Shown here: positions 1-9,962 of the stretch, one piece after another | Layout of the letters: each line of letters begins with the position of its first letter | Numbering within the stretch: the stretch's first letter is position 1 | Source of the DNA: an uncultured archaeon | GTDB lineage: Archaea > Asgardarchaeota > Lokiarchaeia > Sigyniarchaeales > SOKP01 | Direction: 5' to 3' | DNA: 64,000 nucleotides | Assembly: GCA_964486045.1 (NCBI GenBank) | Contig: CAZALK010000007.1 | Span: forward strand, 151,717 to 215,716 | The notes under the pieces: generated by a model | Database searches by the model: none | Told to the model about the DNA's origin: nothing | What the model saw: only the letters and a program-made list of their open reading frames with translations | Made by a program: the position numbers and the translations under genes

Positions 1-242
1 TAAGATATACGGTAACTTTTTTGACCTCCTAAATCCCATTCACTTATTTCTTTTCCTAAAAACTTAAAATTAGTTCTTTGAGCACCTCTTGTTGGCTCAA
101 GTAAAGCGATCTTTGATAATTCTTTCTGCAAAGCCAATATAATGCTTGTTTTGCCTGCAGCATCTAAACCTGTAAAAAGGATCTTGTAAGTTTTTTCCTT
201 AGACCTTCCTTCTTTTTGAAAAAACAGTAATGAGTCTTCCAA
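1..242 (-). CDS. Small GTPase (Arf/Rag-like), 5' part; runs off the window edge
   Basis: Not in the ORF track. Manual translation from TTG at 242 (GGTGA upstream) gives MEDSLLFFQKEGRSKEKTYKILFTGLDAAGKTSII...EPTRG...EWDLGGQKSYR, containing G1, G2 and G3 motifs. Confidence 0.85.
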   Translation of the reverse strand, partial: MEDSLLFFQKEGRSKEKTYKILFTGLDAAGKTSIILALQKELSKIALLEPTRGAQRTNFKFLGKEISEWDLGGQKSYRIS

Positions 243-454
243 ATGGATTTCACCTTGGTAAAAATAAATGAATATTTACGCCAAGAATTGTACAGATATA
301 TTGTTATTTAAATCTATGTTAGTAGGAAAAGCTCAGAAATCAAACACTTTTCGATTTATTCCATCGAGTTTTTATTATTTCTAGTATTAAGTATTGATGA
401 ACAGTTTTAACTTTTAGATTTTAAGAGCTCTTACGAATAATTTAAACTATTGTC

Positions 455-1759
455 TTATCTTTTTAACTTCTTTATTTTAGATATTCCCCTGCTTATTCGA
501 TATAATATATCTTCAATTTCTGTGGGTTTTACAATTAATGGGGGCATTAGGATATGAGTGTTTTTTTTGTTTCCACAGTAATTCAATAAAACTCCTTCTT
601 TTATTATGGAAAGCATCCCTAATCGGCTATTTTCTTCATCAAAAAATTCCATACCCCACATCAAACCTCTTCCCCTAACTTCTTTAATAATATCAGAATT
701 TTGTTTCGCAATCTTTTCCAACCCATTACCAAACATCTTTCCCATATCCTTAACATGATTTAAAAATTCTGGGTCTGATTGTATCTCTAGCATTTCTATT
801 GCTACAGCACATCCAAGATCCGACCCTCCAGTAGTAGAGATATGAATAAAGGCATCTTTATTAAAAACTGCTTTTTCTATAAATGGTTTATAACTACACG
901 TTGATAAAGGATAAATTCCAGAGCTCATACCTTTCCCGCATACAATAAAATCAGGTATAACTTTTTCTTCTGGATACAAACCCCCAATGATTGCCCAAAA
1001 ATGCCCAGTCCGCCCCAATCCTGCTTGAACTTCATCAATAATCAGCATTACACCATTTTCATCACAAATCTCTCGAACTTCGGGAAAATAGTCCTTAGGG
1101 GCAATTATAACACCTCCAGTAGCAGGAATTGTTTCTAAAATCACACATGCAACTTCTTCATTTACAACTTCCCTCAAAGCATTCACATCTCCAAAAAGTA
1201 CTTGTTTAAATTCAGGCAGGTTCCATAAAAAGGGATCTTTAAAATCAGGATCACCAGTTAATAATGCAAACCCCGTATGACCATGATAACCTCCTTTCGC
1301 TGATATACAGCCTTTTCTTTTAGTAAATGCTCTTGAAAATTTAATAGCTGTGTCAACTGCCTCACCACCACTAACTCCAAATGTTGTTTTGCTAATCTCA
1401 CCAGGCATTAGTTCTGCTAATTTTTTTCCTAATAATGCTCGTTGTTCTGAGAGTAGCATATGATCTCCAAGATCTAATCCGCCATTTAATGCATTTTTAA
1501 GACTTTGTAAAATTCTCGGATTTCTATGCCCTAAATTAAAGACTCCTCCAGATGATCGGCAGTTATACAACACTATTGGAGGTTCACCTTCTCTTAATCC
1601 TTCCAATGTTCTTAGTTTTATCCCTTCTCTTTTACCAGGAATTACTCCTAGACCAAAACCTTTAAAAGTTCGCACTTTCGCAGCATTTACATGTTTTGAA
1701 TAGAGTTTTAGCAATTTTTTTTGAGATAATGAACCAATATACTTTTTTGATTTCTCCAT
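455..1759 (-). CDS. Class III PLP-dependent aminotransferase (putrescine/ornithine/acetylornithine type)
   Basis: Motifs SGGEAVDTAIK, YHG, LIIDEVQAGLGRTG, PDFIVCGKGMSSG and EVRGRGLMWG. Confidence 0.88.
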   Translation of the reverse strand: MEKSKKYIGSLSQKKLLKLYSKHVNAAKVRTFKGFGLGVIPGKREGIKLRTLEGLREGEPPIVLYNCRSSGGVFNLGHRNPRILQSLKNALNGGLDLGDHMLLSEQRALLGKKLAELMPGEISKTTFGVSGGEAVDTAIKFSRAFTKRKGCISAKGGYHGHTGFALLTGDPDFKDPFLWNLPEFKQVLFGDVNALREVVNEEVACVILETIPATGGVIIAPKDYFPEVREICDENGVMLIIDEVQAGLGRTGHFWAIIGGLYPEEKVIPDFIVCGKGMSSGIYPLSTCSYKPFIEKAVFNKDAFIHISTTGGSDLGCAVAIEMLEIQSDPEFLNHVKDMGKMFGNGLEKIAKQNSDIIKEVRGRGLMWGMEFFDEENSRLGMLSIIKEGVLLNYCGNKKNTHILMPPLIVKPTEIEDILYRISRGISKIKKLKR

Positions 1760-2090
1760 AATTGTAATTATAAAAGAATAAATTTATTAAAATTATGAAT
1801 TAACGTAGAATTCGAGAAAGGTTATTGATTTAATTTTGAAGCTTCTTCAGCAACTAAATTATTTGAAAACATAAAATTTTCAAGAATAAATGCTCAATCA
1901 ATTGGTAAGAAAATAATTGCATACAAAATTGTGAAATACCTTTATGAATTTTAATTTTAGAGATGATATTATGAATTCTTTATATTATCCACTTAATATC
2001 CAGATATTTCAGAAATCTAAAATAAAAAGAATAAAGAAAAAAAATTGCAGACTTGTTTATTAACTCCGCCAAAATAGCGAACTGGCTAAC

Positions 2091-2228
2091 TTAAAATTCG
2101 TATCCACATTTCTTGCAGACCTGTTCTTTTGCATACATCGGAATATGTCCAATATAGCTTAAAACATTACTTTTATCTTCAACGAAAGATGAAGCTTTAT
2201 ATAAATATAATTTTTGCGAATAAATCAC
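2091..2228 (-). pseudogene. Small ORF or remnant paralogous to the C-terminal Zn-ribbon half of the coiled-coil protein (2538..3461)
   Basis: 2091..2183 translates to VEDKSNVLSYIGHIPMYAKEQVCKKCGYEF*, versus IEDKSKVLSYISHIPMYAKKQVCKKCGYEF* in the neighbour. Possible GTG start at 2228 (45 aa). Confidence 0.65.
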
Positions 2229-2537
2229 TTTTCATTTTCGCATGATGCCCCCTATCAATAGCTTAAGCTTATTAGTAGATGTAAAAATAATTTACTTAGT
2301 TGAATAAAAATCATACCGTTACCACTTGGTGGTTGGACTGATTCATAAACTTGAGCTAACCATCTATACTAATTCTTGCAAGGAAGAAGCATAGGATTGG
2401 GAGATATTATTTCCCAGAGTTTTGATAGAAGAGAAAAATCTTCAGCAAAACTATCTCTGATTTCATTATTTGGGACAAATACATAAAATTTTATATAAAA
2501 TAAAGAGAAATGAAAAAAGAAATATTAAAAAAAAAGT

Positions 2538-3461
2538 TCAGAACTCGTAGCCGCATTTTTTGCAAACTTGCTTCTTTGCATACATCGGGATGTGGCTAAT
2601 ATAACTTAAGACTTTACTCTTATCTTCGATTTGCTTGATATCATGGCCAACTGCGCCACACATTGGACAAGTAATTCTTTCTTCACTTGCAAAACCGCCT
2701 GTACCTATATCAGGAGGTTTCAATTCTTCTAACTCAGTCTCTACTTCGCTGAGGTGAACAGATGCGGATTCAATTTTATGGTCTCTTTCTGATACAGATT
2801 CACTTAGTTCTTGGACTTGTGTATCTCTTTGTAATAAAGTGTTATTTATTTCACTTAGTTGTGAGGTTAATTGGGTAACTTCTTCTTGAGATGCTGAAAT
2901 TTTAGAAGTTAAATCTTCAATTTCAGATTTTAAATTACTAATTTCCCCTTGATTTGCAGAACTGGAGCTATTGGCTTCATTTAATTGTGCTTCTAAACCT
3001 TCGGCATTTTGTTTAGCAGTTTCTAAAGCTGAAGTTAAATTTGCTACATTTTCTTCTGTTGAACTTATTTTAGAATCTTTTAGTGCAAGGTTGTTTTCAA
3101 GGTCACTTATTTTAGTCTTGAATTCTTCTAATTCAGTACTTAGAGAAACATTTTCAGTAGTTAAATTAGTAATAGTTTGATCTTTTTCTTTGATTGTAGC
3201 TTGATCATCTGCAAGGGTTTTTTCAAGTGTATTCTGAGTATCAGCAAGGGTACCTTTTGTTTCATCAAGATTATTTTTTATATCAATCAGTTCAGTTTCA
3301 GTTCTCTTTTGATGTTCTTTTGCTTGTGTTAATTCAGTTTTAGATTCATTTAATTGTTTTTCCAGATCATTTACCTTAGCTCTAAGATCTAATAAGAGTC
3401 TACCTTCTACGGCCACTTTCTTATCTGGCTTTGATTCAGCTTTTTCCCAGTCAATACTAAT
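2538..3461 (-). CDS. Long coiled-coil protein with C-terminal Zn ribbon (CPMC...CKKC); probable ATT start at 3461 (track start 3416)
   Basis: Heptad-rich sequence with CxxC...CxxC. The frame is open upstream (ISIDWEKAESKPDKK) to an ATT 6 nt after AGGTGA. Confidence 0.8.
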   Translation of the reverse strand: MSIDWEKAESKPDKKVAVEGRLLLDLRAKVNDLEKQLNESKTELTQAKEHQKRTETELIDIKNNLDETKGTLADTQNTLEKTLADDQATIKEKDQTITNLTTENVSLSTELEEFKTKISDLENNLALKDSKISSTEENVANLTSALETAKQNAEGLEAQLNEANSSSSANQGEISNLKSEIEDLTSKISASQEEVTQLTSQLSEINNTLLQRDTQVQELSESVSERDHKIESASVHLSEVETELEELKPPDIGTGGFASEERITCPMCGAVGHDIKQIEDKSKVLSYISHIPMYAKKQVCKKCGYEF

Positions 3462-3668
3462 AACATTTCACCTTTGAGTATTTCAAATATCGATAATTTT
3501 AAAATTAGTTTATTGAATTGATTTGATTATTAATATATATCATATTGAATTAAGCTTTTAATTTTTTTTGACTTTAAAGTTTAAAAAATATGTATCAAGT
3601 ATTATGATAATTATTTTTAAGGTTATAATAAATTATAATGAAATAATAAGTGAAACTGGATAAAATAA

Positions 3669-4517
3669 ATGGACCAACCAGACAATCCACGAATAAAAAT
3701 TGAATATATTTCTACTTCGGGAGTATTTAAAACACCTTTTACAATAATAATACTTTTTCAGTTGTTTTTTGGGTATTTTGTCGCATTCTTAATAAATATA
3801 TGGTTTTATAATGACTTGTATTTTCTTCTAACAAAAAAAAGTTTTTTATCTTTTGTCTTGATTGGGCAATGGTGGGAATGGCTTTTGCTTCCACTGAATC
3901 TTTATGGAACCATCTATGTGTTTGTTTTTTCTATCATTTTATGTTCAGGAGGGATAAATAAGATTTTAAAACGATTATGTCCGCTTAAAGAAGGGGTATT
4001 CAAAAAGGGAAGTAAAGAATGGAAATATACTCATCGAAGATTTTGGAATGCCTATTTTCCAATTTGGCTGGCAAGAGCAATTCCAATACCTTGGTCAGAT
4101 ATTTTTGTTTACAGATTATTTGGTGTTCCAATTGGGAAAAATGTTGTTGCTTACGAAGGATATATTGATCCTGAGCTTGTAGAAATCGGAGATTTTACCA
4201 TGACTTCATTAAACATATGCATCTTCTCACATTTACTATACCATGAACACATTATTATCAAGAAGGTAAAAATAGGTAAAGCATGCGTTGTAGGGCCTCA
4301 ATCAATAATAAGCCCTGGTACTATCATGCAAGATGGAGCGATTTTAGGAGCAAATAGCTATACATGGATAGATCAAGAATTAAAGGGGAATTTAATTCAT
4401 GTTGGAACTCCTGTAAGTACGAGCTTTCCGATTCAATCAGTAGAAGAGTCAAAAGAAAAAGTAGAAAGAATAAAGGATGACATTTACGAAAATATGGAAG
4501 GAGGTGGTAAGAAATAA
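3669..4517 (+). CDS. Membrane-anchored left-handed beta-helix (hexapeptide repeat) acyltransferase-like protein
   Basis: N-terminal TM segments; LFGVPIGKNV, VEIGDFT and KVKIGKACVVGPQSIISPGT hexapeptide repeats. Confidence 0.75.
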   Translation: MDQPDNPRIKIEYISTSGVFKTPFTIIILFQLFFGYFVAFLINIWFYNDLYFLLTKKSFLSFVLIGQWWEWLLLPLNLYGTIYVFVFSIILCSGGINKILKRLCPLKEGVFKKGSKEWKYTHRRFWNAYFPIWLARAIPIPWSDIFVYRLFGVPIGKNVVAYEGYIDPELVEIGDFTMTSLNICIFSHLLYHEHIIIKKVKIGKACVVGPQSIISPGTIMQDGAILGANSYTWIDQELKGNLIHVGTPVSTSFPIQSVEESKEKVERIKDDIYENMEGGGKK

Positions 4518-5255
4518 ATGTTCCAACCCGCGAGTTTAAAGGGTGAATCTCCTACACCGATAGATGAGAGGTTACGAAACAAATACATAATCATTTATTT
4601 GATTATTATAGTCCTTAGTTTTATCCCTTGTTCTATATTTGAATACGTTTATATTTTATTATTGTGGGTGGAAGATTTTCATTTATTATTCTTTCTTTTA
4701 CTACCATTTAATTTCATTATTTTTATTTATTTGCTCCAGTTGAGTGCGATATTATTTTCCGTATTATCTTTAACTATCATTAATCTTATTAATTCACCGA
4801 AAGAAGGAAATTTTTCTCGAGATATTCATGACAAAAATTATCTATTCTGGAATCTAAGAAACATTTCAAAAAAATGGGCACTGTTTATTACAGCTTCAAA
4901 TCCACTCCCCTGGTTAAAAAATCGGTTTACACTTAAATTTTTCGGTGTAAAGATTGGTAAGAAATGTTTATGCTACACATGTTGGATTTCTTCTGAGTTT
5001 GTAGAAATTGGTGATAATGTTATAATTGGAATGGGAAGTACTCTTTTGAGTTTTGGAATTGAGCAAGATAAATTCTTTTTAAAAAAAATTCAAATAGAAG
5101 ATGATGTAATAATTGGGGCTAAATGTGTATTATTGCCTGGGACAGTTCTAAAAAAAGGAGCAAAATTATCTGCTCATTCCTATACAAAATATAATGATAT
5201 ATTAGCTGAAAATTCAATTTACAAAGGTCATCCAGCAAAATTAAAAGAAGCATAA
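4518..5255 (+). CDS. Second membrane-anchored hexapeptide-repeat acyltransferase-like protein, paralog of the upstream gene
   Basis: TM segments; FFGVKIGKK, VEIGDNVIIG and IEDDVIIGAKCVLLPGT; ends with GHPAK. Confidence 0.75.
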   Translation: MFQPASLKGESPTPIDERLRNKYIIIYLIIIVLSFIPCSIFEYVYILLLWVEDFHLLFFLLLPFNFIIFIYLLQLSAILFSVLSLTIINLINSPKEGNFSRDIHDKNYLFWNLRNISKKWALFITASNPLPWLKNRFTLKFFGVKIGKKCLCYTCWISSEFVEIGDNVIIGMGSTLLSFGIEQDKFFLKKIQIEDDVIIGAKCVLLPGTVLKKGAKLSAHSYTKYNDILAENSIYKGHPAKLKEA

Positions 5256-5261
5256 GTTGAT

Positions 5262-6856
5262 ATGATAAAAGAAAATAATGTCAAATTAAATCCAAAACAA
5301 AAATTTGAGACAAAAAAGAGATTTGTAATTATCTCTGATACCCATATTAGTCGATCGGGGGGTGCTTTTAACCTTCATACCTTCAACTTAGGTATAGAGC
5401 AAATAAATAAAGTAAAAGATGTCGATTTGTTTTTGCATTTAGGGGATATCACCCAAAATGGTACTTTATTGGAGTATGAGTACGCATTAGAGCAATTAGA
5501 AAAATTTCAACCTGTTTCTAAGTGCCCATTAATATATCTTATTGGGAATCACGATGCTATGAATGTAGGGTACCTCCTTTTTGAAGAAATGGTTGGAGAA
5601 AGGCATATTGAATATGAAGATGATGAAATCTTTATTATAGGAATTGATAGCACTAAACCTGACCTTCCTGGGGGAATAATTCACCATAACATAATAGAAC
5701 TCGTTAGGGCCGAATTAATGAAGAGAGAAAGAGAAGATAAATTCAAAGTTGTGTGTTTTCATCACCAACTAATCCCAATCCCTAATACTGGGAAAGAAAG
5801 ATCTGCTATTGACGATTCAGGAGATATGCTTCAAATGCTTTTAGAAACAAATGCAGATTTAGTTTTAAATGGGCATCGACACACGTCAAATTTATACACT
5901 TTAAGCAATAGTGAAAAAGACCTTTACATATTTAATGCGGGTACATTCTGTTGTAATAAAACTAGATATCGTGATTTATTTACGTATGCAATTATAGATA
6001 TCGAGGGATGTAAACTCAACTTTAAAGTGATTCCTGTATTAGATTCTAACTCATTGCAAGAAATAATCGTGAAGTCAATTATTATCTTCCATTAGAAATA
6101 GAAAAAAGCAAAAAACCATTATGTAGGTTAATTCAATTGTCACACTCAATGATAACCGAAAGGATGGAAAATCAATTCACTAATTTCGATAGGGCGATTG
6201 AAAAAATCAACACAATTAAAGATATTGATTTGGTCATACACACTGGTAACGTTACTCATAATAGTTATAAAGAAGAATTTAGAATAGCTAAGGATAAAAT
6301 AAATAGATTAATTTATCCATATCTAGTCGTTCCTGGATATACAGACTCAAAACCGCCTTACTGGGAATACTGGAAAAGATATTTCAATGAATTTGATCCA
6401 GTCTTCGAAAATGAGAAGTTTTATTTTCAAGGATTAAATTCTACTACTAGAGATTCAACAGAGGGTTTCATTGGGAGAAATAGAATGAATAAGTTTATCG
6501 AAAAAGTTTTAACAATTAGCCATCAAAAAATATTAGGAGTTTGCTGTTTTCATAGTCTAATCCCTACACCTTTAAGTGTCTGGCGGACTGAATTAATCGA
6601 TTCTGGAGATGTACTTTCTCAATTTGCGCGATCTCAAATAGATCTCTGCTTAAATAGCTCACCAAGTATAAATTTTAATGTAAAGATTGATAACACGATA
6701 TTCACTAATGGTGGATCCCTTAATCCTGAGAGGTTTAACGAGTCTTTTATCGAAATAGAGATTTTTAAAAAAGGGTTTGTTATACTCAAGGAACACGACT
6801 TAAAGACGGGGCAAATAAAAGTAGTTGGTACATATACAATAACAATTTTCACATAA
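5262..6856 (+). CDS. Tandem two-domain calcineurin-like metallophosphoesterase (CpdA/Icc-like), split by a frameshift near 6060-6095
   Basis: Domain 1 has ISDTH, GDIT, GNHD, HH and GHRH. The frame of ORF 6137..6856 is open back to about 6065 (NREVNYYLPLEIEKSKKPLCRLIQLSHS). Domain 2 is degenerate (HTGNVT, VPGYTD). Confidence 0.7.
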
Positions 6857-7009
6857 TTGATGAAAATGAATTCTTTGGGAATTCAACATATTTCTTAACT
6901 TAAAACAAACTTAAAAAGTGTTTTTTTACTAATAAAACTAAGGTTAAACACTCTAATATTAAGATTTTTTAGAGTATTATATTAATTTTAATTATTTTAA
7001 GTTATTCTA

Positions 7010-7291
7010 ATGGCCAAAATCAAACTAAATTTATTAAATATTTTCCAGCTGAGAACCGATAAGAAATTTATTGAGTACGAAGGCAAAACAGTAGGTGACA
7101 TTATCTCACAGTTTCTAGTTGACCATAAAAGTAAATTAGATGGTGAAATATTAAGTAAAAATAAGAAGAAGTTTAATTCTCAAGTGCTTATACTGTTAAA
7201 TGGAAGGAATATTAAATATCTGAAAGATTATAAAACAAAACTTAAAGAATCTGATGAAATGTATCTTAGTTTTGCTTTAGCTGGGGGATAA
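7010..7291 (+). CDS. MoaD/ThiS/SAMP-family ubiquitin-like sulfur carrier
   Basis: LILLNGRNI motif, C-terminal ALAGG, 93 aa. Confidence 0.85.
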   Translation: MAKIKLNLLNIFQLRTDKKFIEYEGKTVGDIISQFLVDHKSKLDGEILSKNKKKFNSQVLILLNGRNIKYLKDYKTKLKESDEMYLSFALAGG

Positions 7292-7446
7292 AGCAAATAT
7301 ATCGAGTTTGTAAACGTTAACCTTAAATATTAAAATAATCATATTTTTTTTACTAAAAGCGATTCTTTATTAGTAGTTTTAAATTTTGAATATATTAGGA
7401 TAGAGCTTTTAGAAATACAATTGTACTATTACAAAGGTGTATATTA

Positions 7447-8379
7447 TTGAGGAAAATAGCATTTCTTGGTCTAGACAATGCGGGTAAGACCAGCATAATT
7501 ACTGCAATTTCGAAACGATTTGGATTTGAGGATACTGTGGCTAAATTAATGCCAACAAGGAGAATCGCTCGTGATACTTTCAAATTTTTAGGATTGGAAT
7601 TTTCCAGACTAGATTTTGGTGGTCAGAGAATTTATCGAGATGATTATCTAAAACATCCTGAGAAATTCTTAAATGGTATAGATTTAATCTATTACGTTAT
7701 TGATGCTCAAGATTTTGATAGATATATTGAAACAATTGATTATTTGGATCAAGTACTGCTCTTTTTTAAAGAATCCCAAGAAGATGTTATGGTTTCGGTT
7801 CTATTTCATAAGTTTGATCCACAACTTGTTGATGATGTCGAAATAAATAAAAGAATTTTAACATTAAAGCAAGCGTTAACAAGGTATTCTAATCACTTTG
7901 ATATATTTTTCTTTGAAACAACGATATTCGATATTAAATCGATAATGGATGCTTTTTCTAGTGGTTTATCAATGTTATTTGATAAAATAGAATTGGTTTC
8001 TAATCTTTTTTCCGAAATCAGTAAGAACTATAATTCAATTTTGATTTCCCTTTTTGATGCTAAAGGTATAACCATTGGGGAGCACCATCGCCCACACTTA
8101 CAGCTAACTCAGAAATTAAAGATTTATGAAATTTATTTGGATTTACAAAAGCGTATTATTGCAGAAAATAGGAGGTTATTCGAATTTTCTGATAAGTTTG
8201 AGAGTGGGGAAAGATTCTCAGGTATAATTGAAGTACTTAAATTTGGAAATTTAGATTTTTATCTTTTGTTTATCATAGAAGAAGATGAAAAGGATTTAGA
8301 GAAGACTGTAACGGTTTTGGATAAAATTGAATCAGCAAAACCGCAAATGGAAAATTTGATTTTACAGATTATTCAATAA
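7447..8379 (+). CDS. Small GTPase (Rag/Arf-like) with C-terminal roadblock/longin-like domain
   Basis: GLDNAGKTS, PT, DFGGQ, HKFD and ETT motifs; C-terminal LISLFDAKGITIG typical of roadblock-type domains. Confidence 0.85.
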   Translation: MRKIAFLGLDNAGKTSIITAISKRFGFEDTVAKLMPTRRIARDTFKFLGLEFSRLDFGGQRIYRDDYLKHPEKFLNGIDLIYYVIDAQDFDRYIETIDYLDQVLLFFKESQEDVMVSVLFHKFDPQLVDDVEINKRILTLKQALTRYSNHFDIFFFETTIFDIKSIMDAFSSGLSMLFDKIELVSNLFSEISKNYNSILISLFDAKGITIGEHHRPHLQLTQKLKIYEIYLDLQKRIIAENRRLFEFSDKFESGERFSGIIEVLKFGNLDFYLLFIIEEDEKDLEKTVTVLDKIESAKPQMENLILQIIQ

Positions 8380-8461
8380 ATTATAAATCCACTTTTAAAT
8401 TAATTATGAGTTTTTTTTATTAATTTAGCCGATCTAATTATAATTTTCTGGTTTTAAATAA

Positions 8462-8566
8462 CGCAGATGGAGGGACTCGAACCCCCGAACGCTTTCGCGC
8501 ACCAGCTTTCTCGAATGATAAGAAAAATACTCGAAGCTGGCGTCTTACCAGCTAGGCTACATCTGC
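8462..8566 (-). tRNA. tRNA-Ser(CGA) with a 22-nt intron at canonical position 37/38 (8508..8529)
   Basis: Acceptor GCAGATG/CATCTGC, anticodon stem CCAGC/GCTGG, long variable arm, GGTTCGAGTCC T-arm. Splice motif: UUCG/CGAG helix with 3-nt bulges AG|U and AA|A. Confidence 0.93.
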
Positions 8567-8703
8567 TTTATGTTAATTTCATTCAAAATGTGATGATGTA
8601 TACAGATCCATATGAAATTTAAAACTTCTCAAACTTAAATTACTTACTCTTTCAATCCAAGGAGCGTAAATGAAGAAGCTAATTTAGAAATTATGATTAA
8701 AAT

Positions 8704-9006
8704 TTATTGAGAAGTGGGAACATAAATTTTAAGCTTTAAAGACGGATTATAAAGTTTTATTAATCCTTCTTCTTCATATTGCTTTAATAATAATTTTGCT
8801 GTTGAGACTCTTATATCGAATTTTAACGCTAGATCAGTTGCTAAAATTGATTTTTTCTTTATGATCGAATCTCTGATTTCTTTCTCAATTTTTTTTGGAA
8901 CAAAAGCATCTCGTTCGACGATAGTGATTTGCTTTGTTCTTCCATATTTTCTCCTAAGAGATATGGTCGCTTTCCTCACAACGAGTTTCTCATCTTTCTC
9001 AGACAT
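8704..9006 (-). CDS. rps25e: Ribosomal protein eS25
   Basis: Basic N-terminus, then winged helix ATDLALKFDIRVSTAKLLLKQYEEEGLIKL...KIY. Confidence 0.8.
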   Translation of the reverse strand: MSEKDEKLVVRKATISLRRKYGRTKQITIVERDAFVPKKIEKEIRDSIIKKKSILATDLALKFDIRVSTAKLLLKQYEEEGLIKLYNPSLKLKIYVPTSQ

Positions 9007-9150
9007 AATAAGGCAAGTTTATTGAATTACAGAATTAAAAATTAAATAGAATGAAATTATAAATATTTAGAATTAAATAAAATTTTTGGTTTATTATTTA
9101 AAACCTACTGGATTTTAATTAAACAATGCGTTAAATCAACTGGTTAATTT

Positions 9151-9789
9151 ATGATGAATTTGGACGGAGATTTTGACTTCGACGTAAAGAATAAACGACC
9201 AGAGGAAGAATGTGAAAAAGTCTCTGATTATTTTAATGGAGAAATCCTTAAAAAGTATGCAAGCTCAAAGACTATAATAAGAATTCAAGAAAAAATTATT
9301 AAACGAGTCTTAGAATTATTGGATCTTAAAAAAAAAGATGCCCTAATCTTAGATGCTGGTTGTGGCCCAGGATTTGCTGGTATATATTTAAAGGAGATAG
9401 GATACAGAATAGTAGCACTCGATCTAATCTCTGAATTCTTAAATTTTTATGACATTAATGATATAAATCCCATTAACTCAGATATGTGTTTTATGCCTTT
9501 TAAGCCTAATATATTTGATGCTATAATTTCTATTTCTGCATTACAATGGGTATTTAGAGATACTAATAATAAAAATATGCATTTTTCACTTAAAAATCTC
9601 TCTAAATCTTTTTTTCACATTCTAAAGCCAAATTCCCGAGTAATTTTCCAATTTTATCCTAAGAACAAAGTGATTATGGAAGCTATTGGCAAAATAATAG
9701 CTAATAATACTGGATTTACAGGAAATTTCATAATAGATAATCCAAATCACCACAAAAAAAGAAAAATCTTTCTTTTATTAGACAAATAA
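9151..9789 (+). CDS. Bud23/WBSCR22-like rRNA guanine-N7 methyltransferase
   Basis: RPEE, LDAGCGPG, FDAIISISALQW, FQFYPKN and GFTGNFIIDNP...KKRKIFLLL match recalled Bud23 motifs. Confidence 0.75.
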   Translation: MMNLDGDFDFDVKNKRPEEECEKVSDYFNGEILKKYASSKTIIRIQEKIIKRVLELLDLKKKDALILDAGCGPGFAGIYLKEIGYRIVALDLISEFLNFYDINDINPINSDMCFMPFKPNIFDAIISISALQWVFRDTNNKNMHFSLKNLSKSFFHILKPNSRVIFQFYPKNKVIMEAIGKIIANNTGFTGNFIIDNPNHHKKRKIFLLLDK

Positions 9790-9962
9790 GTTCGAAATGA
9801 AGAATAAAAATTAGATGTTTTGTTTATATCACTGACTAGAATTGTTTCAAATTATCTGCGATACATAACGTTATATTTAACTTTTTTCATATTATTTTTA
9901 AAAATGTATTTATAATCAATTTTGGATAAATAAATAAAAAAATAAAAGTTGAATGATTTTCT

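Noticed and set aside
1565-1612. Possible in-frame intron in the aminotransferase (extra LREGEPPIV segment with partial pairing)
   Set aside because: No stop codons and no clear 3-4-3 BHB geometry; likely an ordinary loop insertion.
2091-2630. Duplicated gene end as a DGR template/variable repeat pair
   Set aside because: Differences are mostly synonymous and not adenine-specific; no reverse transcriptase in the window.
6040-6110. Intron or programmed -1 frameshift in the metallophosphoesterase
   Set aside because: No convincing BHB. The A-AAA-AAG heptamer lies after the frame-0 stop, and a single-base deletion explains the break.
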